Assembly: GCA_049515895.1 (NCBI GenBank)
Contig: JBEKTQ010000026.1
Span: 1 to 50,184 of the forward strand
Length of the DNA stretch: 50,184 bases
Direction: 5' to 3'
From: Candidatus Bathyarchaeia archaeon
Lineage (GTDB): Archaea > Thermoproteota > Bathyarchaeia > Bathyarchaeales > Bathycorpusculaceae
Part shown: piece by piece, positions 1 through 9,497 of the stretch
Layout of the letters: the number at the start of each line of letters is the position of its first letter
Numbering within the stretch: position 1 is the first letter of the stretch
Translations under genes and position numbers: made by a program
Notes under the pieces: generated by a model
Told to the model about the DNA's origin: nothing
Databases searched by the model: none
Seen by the model: only the letters and a program-made list of their open reading frames with translations

Positions 1-746
1 CTCAAAAGTCCCTTCTGCTGCCTCATCTGATTCGCAGGATAAGGAATCACAGCCTTCACGCCAGAGTTGGACGCTTGCTCTCTCTGGCCTCGGCATGAAT
101 ACTGAGAGTCAGCGACCAAAAGTTTCATTCTCTTATTCGTCGACCTCAAAGCCTTCTCAAAAAGTGTCGGAGCATGCTTCTTCTCATTGTCATTCGCTGG
201 AGCAGCTACGACAGCTAATGGTAACTCAGACTTTGCATCAATAGCCACGTGCAGCTTGTAGCCAAGCTCATACGTCTTACCGTTTCTTCCCACTCTTGCC
301 TGCGGATCTGAAGCTCCTTTACTGTTATCATGAGGGTCTCGCCTGCTGTAGGCCTTAACGAACGTAGCGTCCAAAACCACGGTCTCACCGCTTATCAATC
401 CAGAATTCAAAAGTTTCCGAATCAGCTTGTTCATTATTTTTTGCAGCCTTCTCGGTCCGATGCGCCTTTTGAACCTTGATAGCTGTGATGGATGATACGG
501 ATTCTGGTCTGCCTCGAGGTCGCAGAGCTCACGCAGGTTCTCGTCTTTCCACAGTCGCCTGCAGAGTTCCCTCTCGCTTGGGATCTGCTGAAAACGCTTA
601 ACCATTAAGGCTTTGAATATGCCCATGGGTTTTCTCGGCGGCCTGCCTGGACTGCCCTCTTTGTGGTAAGCTTCCTTCACGACTTTTTCTATGTCGTCTA
701 GGTTCAGTTTGGACAGGATGGTGCATGAAAAGGTGGGTTCTTCCAT
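1..746 (-). mobile_element. DDE transposase (IS5/IS1182-like), 3' end runs off the window
   Basis: Not in the ORF track; translated by hand from ATG at 746: MEEPTFSCTIL...GRPPRKPMGIFKAL...VVLDATFVKAY...GYKLHVAID...LVADSQYS...VIPYPANQ. Contains the DAT, GYKLH and AD.gY motifs of DDE_Tnp_1-type enzymes. Confidence 0.9.
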
Positions 747-797
747 CTGTCACCCTGAATGGTCAACTCAAACAAACTTAAACACGAATATGTTAAT

Positions 798-826
798 CTC
801 AATGTTTTAGCAACAAACTGGCGCGC
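798..826 (-). repeat. Probable left terminal repeat of the IS (GCGCGCCAGTTTGTTGCTAAAA)
   Basis: Lies 80 bp upstream of the transposase start and resembles the GCGCGC-nnnnTGTtCC ends at 4759, 14886, 45870, 46034 and 49129. Confidence 0.55.
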
Positions 827-1015
827 ACAAAATCTCGTTCAACTCTTGATTAGCAACCACCTTTCTCTCATTCTAGGTCTTCATTTCCTGACTCAAATTT
901 TTGGTTTGTTAGTACATTTCCAATACTCAAATCAAAAGATTCAAGTCCATTTCAAAAAGTGCTTGTTTCATTACGGAAAAAGTATTATGTTTGAACAACT
1001 GATTGAGAACTAACA

Positions 1016-1465
1016 GTGAAAAGAATGTCAAACAAGCCATGGCGACTATCTGTCAGAGTTTTGATTCAAGACGATGAAGGACGATTCCTCATGATGAAGC
1101 GCTCCAACCGTTCAAAAAGCAACATTGGCAGGTGGGAGCCACCAGGCGGCAAAATCGACGCTGGCGAAAGCTTCGACGAAGCTCTAGTTAGAGAGGTCGC
1201 CGAAGAAACAGGTTTAACCATTTCCATTAAGAGTGTGGCTGGTGCGGTAAGCTGGGAAATGACTAAACTGAGGATTATCCAACTGATAATGGAAGGTTCT
1301 GTGGAGTCAGGTCAACTGCATCTCAGTAATGAACACAACGCTTACTCTTGGGTTAGACCTGAAGAGTTTTCAACCTTGGAGTTGGCAGATTGGTTTGAAT
1401 CCTTCGCGATGGAAATGGCAAGAAAAGCCTCCAAAGTTAATATGGTAAAAAATCCCAGCAAATGA
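1016..1465 (+). CDS. NUDIX hydrolase
   Basis: Complete Nudix box G-KIDAG-E-SFDEALV-REVAEETG. The stop codon abuts the GTG of the next gene. Confidence 0.92.
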   Translation: MKRMSNKPWRLSVRVLIQDDEGRFLMMKRSNRSKSNIGRWEPPGGKIDAGESFDEALVREVAEETGLTISIKSVAGAVSWEMTKLRIIQLIMEGSVESGQLHLSNEHNAYSWVRPEEFSTLELADWFESFAMEMARKASKVNMVKNPSK

Positions 1466-4400
1466 GTGAAGAATGAGGACCGCGTAATGACCGAATCTGT
1501 TAAGAAAATCTCAAACAAAATGTTAAACACTGAGGTTGCATTGTACGCACAGCTTTTTCCGCGTTACAAGCTTTACGCTGAAACTCTCTCAAAGGTGCTT
1601 GAGCAAGCTGTAAAGAAATATGCCCCCCAAGCTATGGTGCAAGCTCGGCCCAAAGCTATACCTAGTTTCGCGGAGAAGATCTTGCGAAAAAACATATACA
1701 CGGATCCTGTTAACGAGATGACTGATCTTTGTGGTGCAAGAGTAATAACGCACAGTCCCGAAGAAGTCAAATCGGTTTGTGAGTTTTTGGAGAAAAACTT
1801 TGTAATCGATTGGGACAACAGCGTAGACGTCAGCCAACGACTTAAACCTACAGAGTTTGGATACCGCTCCGTTCATTACATTGTGCAGTTTAAAGACGGC
1901 ATCTTTCCAAACAAGGAAGTGTCGGTTGAGGTGCCACAAGAGGTATTCGGTTTAAAAGCTGAAGTGCAGGTTAGAACCTTGCTGGAGCATTCTTGGGCTG
2001 ATTTCAGCCACGACTTGAGCTACAAAGGCACATTCAAAATCCCAGCAAAATGGGAGCACGAACTCGCAGGCTTGGCAGCTTCGCTCGAATCCGCAGATAG
2101 CACTTTTTCGAGAATTCGTTCGGGTCTTCAACTCTACGCAAGCAATTATGGCGCTTACATGTCTGAGCAACAAATTCGGGATGAGATAAATCTGCAGAAA
2201 CTGGTCTTGGAATATGACCCTGAAAATGTTGAAACAGCGCATCGCATTGGAAAATTGTGGTTAGAGTTGGGCGAATGGCAAAACGCCATTGATATTCTCT
2301 CAAAACATAAAGAATCAGACTACTTGCCATTATTAAGAGATCTTGGCGTTGCCTTGTGCAAGAAAAATAAGGATTACAGACAAAGCTTCGAATACACCGA
2401 AGGACAGAATTATCTGAAGACTGCTAGTGCTCCTCCAAGCAAAGACGTTGATGCTCTAACTTCCCTAGCAGCTACGTACAAAGAGATTGATGAAGACAAG
2501 GTGAGAGAGCTCCACCGCCAAGCATTCATGATTGATCCAACTAACCCCTACGTTTTGGGCAATTACTTGGAATCTGAACTAGTTCACAGACGGGATATTT
2601 CTATTCTATCCTTAATGGGTCCATTGATTGAAGCAGCCATTAGGCGCAGTTCAGACCAAGTCGAAGTCGGCATAAACATGCCCTGGGCGTATTACGACAT
2701 CGGCAAGTTTTACTTGCTCATGAACAAGCCTTATGAGAGTCTGGAAGCTTATGCCAAAGCTATCCAGATTAGTTTGCACGAATGGTTCTTGGATGCAGCT
2801 CTAAAATCCATCGAAAGACTTGCTTCGGTTCAAGACCAATTTCTAGGGTTTGAATGGGCGAAACGATTACTCCTGATCGGATTAGCTGCTAAATTCCCAC
2901 AGGCTGACTCAGGAAAGGCTGCTTTTGCGCAACTGAAGAAACAATCCCCAGCAGACCACAAACCAATCGCAGCGCCAGTGGTCATAGTAGCAGGCGGATG
3001 CAACTCCGAAGATGGAGCCAGAACCCAAGAATACGGTGAGCTGATCTTGGACGCTTTCCAAGACTTTGAAGGCACAATAATTTCCGGGGGAACTATATCG
3101 GGGGTTAGTGGGTTTGTAGGAGAATCACAACAGAAATATCCAAAGACAGTGAAGACGATGGGCTATCTTCCAAAGTCAGTCGAAATCAACATTGTGGACA
3201 AGCGTTATTCCGAAATTCGATTTACGGATGGCAACACTTTCAGTCCAATGGAGGGTCTTCAGTGCTGGACAGACATTCTTGTTTCGGGTATAAGCCCTTC
3301 TGACATCAAATTGTTAGGTCTAAATGGTGGAAAGATAGCAGCCGTCGAATATCGAATTGCAATAGCTCTGGGCGCTAAAGTTGCGATCGTTCAAGGGAGC
3401 GGAATGGAAGCAGCAAGATTAATTGCCGACAAAACTTGGAATACCTCATCGAATCTGGTATTATTACCTAACGATTCGTCAACGGTCTGGGCTTTTGTTC
3501 AATTTGGAACAAAGGCGTTTGACGCAGAAATTCGAGAAATTCTAGGTAAGGCCATTCATGAGAATTACATTACCATCGCAGCAAAAAAGAAGGACCAGGA
3601 CCCATCACAATTGTCCTGGTCCCACCTTCCAGAGTATCTCAAGGAATCAAATTGTCAACAAGCTGACCACATAACGGAGAAGCTTACCCGCATATCGTGT
3701 ATAGTCCACAAGGTGAAAAACCGGGAAGTTGCTCCGGTTAGGTTCACCAAAAGCGAGATAGAAGTTATGGCTGAAATGGAACATGGCCGATGGAACGTTG
3801 AAAGGCTTCTTGATGGTTGGAAAAAAGGTGCTCCAAAAGATATAGCTAGGAAGATTAGCCCGTACATAGTTCCCTGGTCTGAACTGCCCGAAGACATAAA
3901 AGAATATGACAGGGAAACCGTCAAGAAGATTCCGGAGTTCCTGGCGAATGTTTCACTTGAAATCGGGGTCTGCGGTAGAATTAGCAGCGGAAATGCTGAC
4001 CTCGACCGCCTCCTCTTGGGTGGGATACCTGAAGAATATGCAGTATTATTAACTTCACCCTCAAGCGATGAAAGAGAACTCTTGATCAACCGTTTCCTCG
4101 AAGCAGGAATTGATGCTGGAGAGACAACCATATTCATCACCGACAAAACTGTTAACGCGAACGCCTTAGTCCGACGTTCTTTTCCGAACTTCTATCTTCT
4201 CGTTTCAAACTCCAAAACTGAGGCGACCGACTGGAGTTTATCTCATTTGTTCAAATTCGAGGGAATAGACAATCTAACGGATATTGAAATATCTCTAACC
4301 AAGCTTCTCCGAACAATAAACTTCTCAAAGGCGGGTTCGAAGCGAGCTTGCGTCGATCTAATATCAGATGTGTTACTGCAGCACCACCCTATAATAACCA

Positions 4401-4648
4401 AAAAGTGGTTGAACAGTCTTCTGTCTACCTTGAAGTCAAAAGGTTTCACAACACTTGCAATTCTTGATCCCCAAATGCACACGCCAGAAGAGGTAGAGGC
4501 AGTCGCAAGCGTATTTGACGGCGAAATCAAACTCTACGAAAGAGAAAGCGCAAAAGGTCCAGAGAAAGTTCTGAAGATCCGAAAGCTCTACAACCAAAAA
4601 TATCTTGAAGAAGAATCTGTTTTGAGCCGAGAAAACCTCGAACGTTAG
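1466..4648 (+). CDS. Multidomain protein: RelA/SpoT synthetase domain + TPR + SLOG (LSDAT-like) + RyR repeats + degenerate KaiC/RAD55-like domain
   Basis: RPK..SF.EK, DLCGARV, GYRSVHY, EVQVRT..EH.WA..SHD..YK (synthetase); helical TPR-like middle; IISGGT.SGV, NGG.IA..EY.IA, VQGSG.EA (SLOG); AIHENY, EHGRW..ERL.DGW, PYIVPWSELPE..KEYDR (RyR); RISSG..DLDRLL.GGIPE with a non-canonical Walker A (KaiC-like). Confidence 0.85.
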   Translation: MKNEDRVMTESVKKISNKMLNTEVALYAQLFPRYKLYAETLSKVLEQAVKKYAPQAMVQARPKAIPSFAEKILRKNIYTDPVNEMTDLCGARVITHSPEEVKSVCEFLEKNFVIDWDNSVDVSQRLKPTEFGYRSVHYIVQFKDGIFPNKEVSVEVPQEVFGLKAEVQVRTLLEHSWADFSHDLSYKGTFKIPAKWEHELAGLAASLESADSTFSRIRSGLQLYASNYGAYMSEQQIRDEINLQKLVLEYDPENVETAHRIGKLWLELGEWQNAIDILSKHKESDYLPLLRDLGVALCKKNKDYRQSFEYTEGQNYLKTASAPPSKDVDALTSLAATYKEIDEDKVRELHRQAFMIDPTNPYVLGNYLESELVHRRDISILSLMGPLIEAAIRRSSDQVEVGINMPWAYYDIGKFYLLMNKPYESLEAYAKAIQISLHEWFLDAALKSIERLASVQDQFLGFEWAKRLLLIGLAAKFPQADSGKAAFAQLKKQSPADHKPIAAPVVIVAGGCNSEDGARTQEYGELILDAFQDFEGTIISGGTISGVSGFVGESQQKYPKTVKTMGYLPKSVEINIVDKRYSEIRFTDGNTFSPMEGLQCWTDILVSGISPSDIKLLGLNGGKIAAVEYRIAIALGAKVAIVQGSGMEAARLIADKTWNTSSNLVLLPNDSSTVWAFVQFGTKAFDAEIREILGKAIHENYITIAAKKKDQDPSQLSWSHLPEYLKESNCQQADHITEKLTRISCIVHKVKNREVAPVRFTKSEIEVMAEMEHGRWNVERLLDGWKKGAPKDIARKISPYIVPWSELPEDIKEYDRETVKKIPEFLANVSLEIGVCGRISSGNADLDRLLLGGIPEEYAVLLTSPSSDERELLINRFLEAGIDAGETTIFITDKTVNANALVRRSFPNFYLLVSNSKTEATDWSLSHLFKFEGIDNLTDIEISLTKLLRTINFSKAGSKRACVDLISDVLLQHHPIITKKWLNSLLSTLKSKGFTTLAILDPQMHTPEEVEAVASVFDGEIKLYERESAKGPEKVLKIRKLYNQKYLEEESVLSRENLER

Positions 4649-4758
4649 CCATAGAGCAAGAGTTGCCATAAGGGCATACCTGCAAGAAAAAAAGTTTTCA
4701 GCTTAAAAACGTGCCTGAAGAGAACTAGACAAATAGGCAATTTTAATCTCTATTAGAT

Positions 4759-5240
4759 GCGCGCTGGCTTGTCCCTTTAATTGGTGTAAAGTGGTTAAAA
4801 GTCTTATTTTTTAGTTTGGGGACAGATTTGAGGCACGTAATCCTTCCCTGTTTCTTTGCAGTAGCCACCCTTCTCAAACATGCAAACGTACGTAAGCCGA
4901 CTGAACTGCAAGGTCACAAACGCTTCATACGGGTTTTCAAGTGCAGCCTACACCTGCTTAGAGGCTGCAGACGGAACGCGGTAGGTGAATTTAGGTCTTC
5001 CAAGAGTGTTTGAAGCCATCTTCTCCTTAACAAAGAGGCCTCAACCTGTTAACCTTTGAAGATGTCGTTGCAGAGTGTTATGGGTAAAGCCTACTTCGCC
5101 CAGAAGCTCAGAGAAGCCTCCGGGTTTCCCGTCTTTAAGCGCGGCCAAAATGCGTTCCTCAAAGAAGCCCATCACAGGCTTAAACAAGCAACAACGAACT
5201 TACAACCATTTTTAACCATTTATTTAACTCCCCTGCGCGC
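4759..5240. mobile_element. Non-autonomous element with GCGCGC-ended imperfect inverted repeats, carrying a wHTH pseudogene
   Basis: Left end GCGCGC...TGGTGTAAAGTGGTTAAAAGT; right end (reverse complement) GCGCGC...TGGTTAAAAATGGTTGTAAGT. Confidence 0.7.
4804..5172 (-). pseudogene. Winged-helix (ArsR-like) regulator with Cys-rich tail and two in-frame stops
   Basis: Hand translation: MGFFEERILAALKDGKPGGFSELLGEVGFTHNTLQRHLQRLTG*GLFVKEK...GRPKFTY...QV*AALE...CMFEKGGYCKE...ICPQTKK. TGA at 5041-5043, TAG at 4948-4950. Confidence 0.75.
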
Positions 5241-5284
5241 TTGCAACCTATAGAATTGTAATTTATTGTAATTTGTCGTTTAGT

Positions 5285-8200
5285 CTAAATCAAGCGGTCA
5301 CTTTTATCGGTTAGTAACAATTGGATAGTGTCCGCGAGTTCTTGAAAGTGTTTCTCTACCGGGGGTGTCATGGCATCAAGCCAGTGCTTGGCGGATAGCA
5401 AATATTCCATTCCTTCCGTTGGCTCCACGTTTTCAATTCGAAAAGGTATTATTGGAATTCCTTTACGCACGGCTTTTTCGACTTCTCGCATGACTTGACC
5501 AGACTTGTTCGATTCAGTAGAAAAAACCAAAACCAAAATACGACTGTTATTAAGCGCATGTGCCAGTGCCGCTGGATAATCCGCACCTGCTGGTATGTTG
5601 CGCGGCGCTATCCAGCATGGAATTTTTCGACTTTCCAAAGTAGAACACAAAGCGTCGGCTACATTCTTGTCACGGTTTGAATAGGATATAAACACATCAA
5701 AAGGTGTTTCTTGAGGTTTTTCTGCAACGTTTCCAATGGCAGAGGCATCGCCTTTTTGCGCGAGTGCATTTCTTAGTTGTGTTGGTGTGGGTGCTTTTGG
5801 TGGTCTATTCCAAAACTTCTTGTAAACAATTAGTGCGACTACTATTGCCACAGGAATCATAAACAGAAAAAGGTACCCGAATGGAAAACCAGCATTAGAT
5901 TTTGCATTTAATTTTGGTGTTGGCGTAACTATTGGTGTTGGTGTTGGCGTAACTATTGGTGTTGGTGTTGGCGTAACTATTGGTGTTGGTGTTGGCGTAA
6001 CTATTGGTGTTGGTGTTGGCGTAACTATTGGTGTTACAGTAGATTGAGCCGAAGTTGTGCCAAAACTGTCAGTAACTGTTGCAGTAATTGAGTAGGAACC
6101 TGCAGAAGCAGGAGAATAACTAAACGTTGACGCAGTTGCGCCTGACTGAGCAGCCCCACCCACATACCACTGATAACCCGTATAAGAACCTGAACCCCCG
6201 CTAGGAGTAGCAGTAAACAGTTGAGATTGACCAGGAGAGACAGAAACAGTTGGCGCACCATTCACCATAACCGAAATAGCTGTAGATGTAACGACAACCG
6301 GGGTACTGGCGCTGTCAGTTACTTGAAGCTCAAAACTCCACGATCCAGCAGTCGTAGATCCAGTTGTAACAAAAGAATAACCAGAGGAGGTTGCACCCGA
6401 AATAGAAGAGAAACTACCAGCACCGGGAGCCTTCTGAAGCCACTGATAAGTGTAAGGAGAAGTGCCAGTTGTAACCGTCGTCGAACTCAAAGTTGAAGTT
6501 TGACCCTGATCAATTGTAGCTAAAGAAGCAGATGCTGTCGGAACAACAAGAGCAGAATTCACCGTGACCGTTGTAGCAATAGATTGAGTTGAAGTCAAGC
6601 CTAAACTGTCAGTAACAGTCGCAGTAATCGAATAAGAACCAGCAGATGTTGGAGAATAACTAAACGTTGACGCAGTTGCGCCTGACTGAGCAGCCCCACC
6701 CACATACCACTGATAACCCGTATAAGAACCTGAACCCCCGCTAGGAGTAGCAGTAAACAGTTGAGATTGACCTAAACCGTTAGGCGTAAAAGCAATACCA
6801 AGCGGCTCATTTCCAACGGTTACTGTTGCGTTAACCGTATTCGTAGCCGTACTTACAACCGACACTGTACCGCTGCCATAATTCGTAACATAAGCGTATA
6901 AACCGTTAGGCGTAACAGCCACACCATCAGGATTGTTACCAACGGTTATTGCTGCTGTCACCGTATTCGTAGCCGTACTTACAACCGAAACCGAACTGCC
7001 TTGATTGGTAATATAGGCGTATAAGCCATTAGGCGTTACAGCTACACCGTAAGGACTGCTGAAACCGGTTAAGGTAGCCGTAACCGTATTTGTAGCCGTA
7101 CTTATAATTGAAACCGTACCGTCTCCTCGATTTATAACGTAGACGTATGCCCCGTTAGGTGTTATGGCTACACCAACAGGTCCATTTCCAACGGTTATCG
7201 TTGCGGTAACAGAATTCGTGGCTGTACTTATTACCGAAACAGTAGTGCCGCCGGCATTTGTAACATAAGCGTATAAACCGTTAGGCGTAACAGCCACAAA
7301 CTCAGGATTGCCTCCAACGGGTATCGTTGACGTAACCATATTCGTAGCTGTACTTATAACTGAAACCGTGCCGTCACCCCAATTTGTAACATAGGCATAA
7401 GCGCCGTTAGGTGTTATGGCTACACCAACAGGTCCATTTCCAACGGTTATCGTTGCGGTAACAGAATTCGTAGCCGTACTTACAACCGAAACCGAACCAC
7501 CTCCTTCATTTACAACATAGGCATAAGCGCCGTTAGGTGTTACAGCTACACCCCAAGGACTGCTGCCTGCAGGAGCCGTTGCAATAACCGTATTCGTAGC
7601 CGTACTTACAACCGACACTGTACCGCTGCCATAATTCGTAACATAAGCGTATAAACCGTTAGGCGTAACAGCCACACATGAAGGCTTGCTTCCTACGGAC
7701 ACGGTTGCAGTAACCGTATTCGTAGTCGTACTTACAACAGAGACCGAACTGCTGGCGTAATTTGCAACGTAGGTGAACAAGCCGTTAGGAGTTAATGCCA
7801 CACCTCCAGGATAGGTTCCAACGGTCACATTCGTCAAAATAGTATTGGTAGCCGTACTTATCACTGAAATCGTAGTGTCGCCGTCATTGGTGACATAAGC
7901 GTATAAGCCGTTAGGCGTAAAAGCCACACCATATGGATTATTTAAACCGGTTATCGTCGACGTAACTGTGTTCGTGGCTGTACTTATTACCGAAATAGTA
8001 GTGCCGCCGGCATTTGCAACATAAGCATAAGCACCGTTAGGTGTTATAGCCACACCAACAGGAGTGTTTCCAACGGTTACTGTTGCAGTAACCGTATTCG
8101 TAGCCGTGCTTATCACTGAAACCGAACCACTACCAAAATTCGTGACATAGGCGTACAAACCGTTAGGCGTAACAGCCACACCAACAGGAAAGGCTCCAAC

Positions 8201-8560
8201 GGTTACATTCGAGATAACCGTATTCGTAGCTGTGCTTATCACTGAAACCGAACCACTACCAAAATTCGTGACATAGGCGTACAAACCGTCAGGCGTAACA
8301 GCCACACCAAATGGATTATTTAAACCGCTTATCCTCGACGTAACCGTGTTCGTAGCCGTGCTTATCACTGAAACAGTAGTACCGCCCTCATTTGCAACAT
8401 AAGCATAAGCACCGTTAGGTGTTATAGCCACACACTCAGGTTCACTTCCTACGGTAATCGTCGACGTAACCGTATTCGTACCTCGAACCGTGTTGGTTAC
8501 CGACAATACAATAATCACGGCGAATACCAAACCTAAGAGCTTCCAAACCTTAGCTTTCAT
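5285..8560 (-). CDS. Single-pass membrane protein: signal peptide, ~14 YVTN-type beta-propeller blades, Ig/PKD-like repeats, Pro-Thr linker, TM helix, C-terminal TIR domain
   Basis: ATG at 8560 gives a signal peptide (MKAKVWKLLGLVFAVIIVLSV); 14 TP[N/D]G repeats; TM segment FPFGYLFLFMIPVAIVVALIVY followed by KK; TIR motifs DVFISYS..D and S.QV.REVE.A. Confidence 0.9.
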   Translation of the reverse strand: MKAKVWKLLGLVFAVIIVLSVTNTVRGTNTVTSTITVGSEPECVAITPNGAYAYVANEGGTTVSVISTATNTVTSRISGLNNPFGVAVTPDGLYAYVTNFGSGSVSVISTATNTVISNVTVGAFPVGVAVTPNGLYAYVTNFGSGSVSVISTATNTVTATVTVGNTPVGVAITPNGAYAYVANAGGTTISVISTATNTVTSTITGLNNPYGVAFTPNGLYAYVTNDGDTTISVISTATNTILTNVTVGTYPGGVALTPNGLFTYVANYASSSVSVVSTTTNTVTATVSVGSKPSCVAVTPNGLYAYVTNYGSGTVSVVSTATNTVIATAPAGSSPWGVAVTPNGAYAYVVNEGGGSVSVVSTATNSVTATITVGNGPVGVAITPNGAYAYVTNWGDGTVSVISTATNMVTSTIPVGGNPEFVAVTPNGLYAYVTNAGGTTVSVISTATNSVTATITVGNGPVGVAITPNGAYVYVINRGDGTVSIISTATNTVTATLTGFSSPYGVAVTPNGLYAYITNQGSSVSVVSTATNTVTAAITVGNNPDGVAVTPNGLYAYVTNYGSGTVSVVSTATNTVNATVTVGNEPLGIAFTPNGLGQSQLFTATPSGGSGSYTGYQWYVGGAAQSGATASTFSYSPTSAGSYSITATVTDSLGLTSTQSIATTVTVNSALVVPTASASLATIDQGQTSTLSSTTVTTGTSPYTYQWLQKAPGAGSFSSISGATSSGYSFVTTGSTTAGSWSFELQVTDSASTPVVVTSTAISVMVNGAPTVSVSPGQSQLFTATPSGGSGSYTGYQWYVGGAAQSGATASTFSYSPASAGSYSITATVTDSFGTTSAQSTVTPIVTPTPTPIVTPTPTPIVTPTPTPIVTPTPTPIVTPTPKLNAKSNAGFPFGYLFLFMIPVAIVVALIVYKKFWNRPPKAPTPTQLRNALAQKGDASAIGNVAEKPQETPFDVFISYSNRDKNVADALCSTLESRKIPCWIAPRNIPAGADYPAALAHALNNSRILVLVFSTESNKSGQVMREVEKAVRKGIPIIPFRIENVEPTEGMEYLLSAKHWLDAMTPPVEKHFQELADTIQLLLTDKSDRLI
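5916..6035. repeat. 5 x 24-bp perfect tandem repeat encoding the Pro-Thr linker
   Basis: GGTGTTGGCGTAACTATTGGTGTT repeated five times. Confidence 0.95.
6111..6772. repeat. Identical 122-bp direct repeat (6111-6232 and 6651-6772) in the Ig-like domains
   Basis: Base-by-base identity read from the sequence; the copies are 540 bp apart. Confidence 0.9.
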
Positions 8561-9203
8561 AAACAATACCCAACCTTTACTTCGCGCGTGGAATAAACTG
8601 GGAACAGGAATAACACGAGTAAAGCGGAGACGAAAATTGCCTCTGTTTTCATCTTTCTCGCCAGAAGGTACACTATATGCAAAGCCTCTGCTTGCCTTTA
8701 GCTTTTTCCATTTCCAGTTTTTCAGCGTGCACCAAGTTTTTCTGAACTGCCAAAACGTCATCCTTACTAATTGCAAATTTTAAAGCCATTAACTATAGCG
8801 CGATGGTATGGGAAGTGTTTTACGTGAGAGGCGCTCACGCCATGTTAGCGCGCGCGCAAATCAAACTGCCAAAAACATATAAGTCATATTCCAAAAACGT
8901 AACATATCAAAACACTTTATGCCACCATTTCTTTTTCTTCAAAAAGCAGATTTAAAATTTATCATCAATTAAAACTTGGCTAAAATACTACGAGTGATAC
9001 AAAACGTTATGTTTTCTAATCTCTCCAGCAACAATCAGACTTTTTTATTTCAGTTTCTTGAAGTTCGCCTCACGGAGATTTAATTCTTGCTAACATGTAG
9101 ATATATATATAAAATAAGCCAGCGTTTTTTGTGTCAACAAACGATGTTTCTTCTTTTTTTTGTTTCCCATAATCTCTCTAAATTTGGTATTTCCATGTTT
9201 AGG

Positions 9204-9497
9204 CTATTTCTTACGCTATGCAAATTCAAGACTTATCTTAACGAAAACTTGCTAAATATTCTCTTTTAGTTCTTTCCTTAGTTTTTGGATAGCCCTCAAA
9301 GCACCTCTTTCACCTCACTATTTGCTCTTCTTTCTTTTTCTTCATTGAATCTTCGATTTTCTGTGTAGTTTCATTAAGGCATTTTTCACGATATTCTTCA
9401 CAAGTCATTCATTTATTCACCTCACTTTTTTGTCTTTTTACGGAATAATATCTCTGCTATGTTCAAGCTATTTCTACGCTATGCAGATTTAAGACTT
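9204..9497. repeat. Two copies of a 30-bp motif CTATTTCTACGCTATGCAGATTTAAGACTT (variant at 9204-9234, exact at 9468-9497)
   Basis: An identical third copy lies at 41334-41363. Confidence 0.85.

Noticed and set aside
4804-5172. Selenocysteine/pyrrolysine readthrough of the TGA and TAG
   Set aside because: Neither position looks catalytic and other genes in the window end in TGA and TAG normally; point-mutation decay is simpler.
6111-6772. Diversity-generating retroelement TR/VR pair
   Set aside because: The copies are identical with no adenine-specific mismatches, and no reverse transcriptase is present.
8561-8776. 72-residue N-terminal extension of the TIR receptor in the ORF track
   Set aside because: ATG at 8560 gives a clean signal peptide; the extension looks like intergenic sequence.
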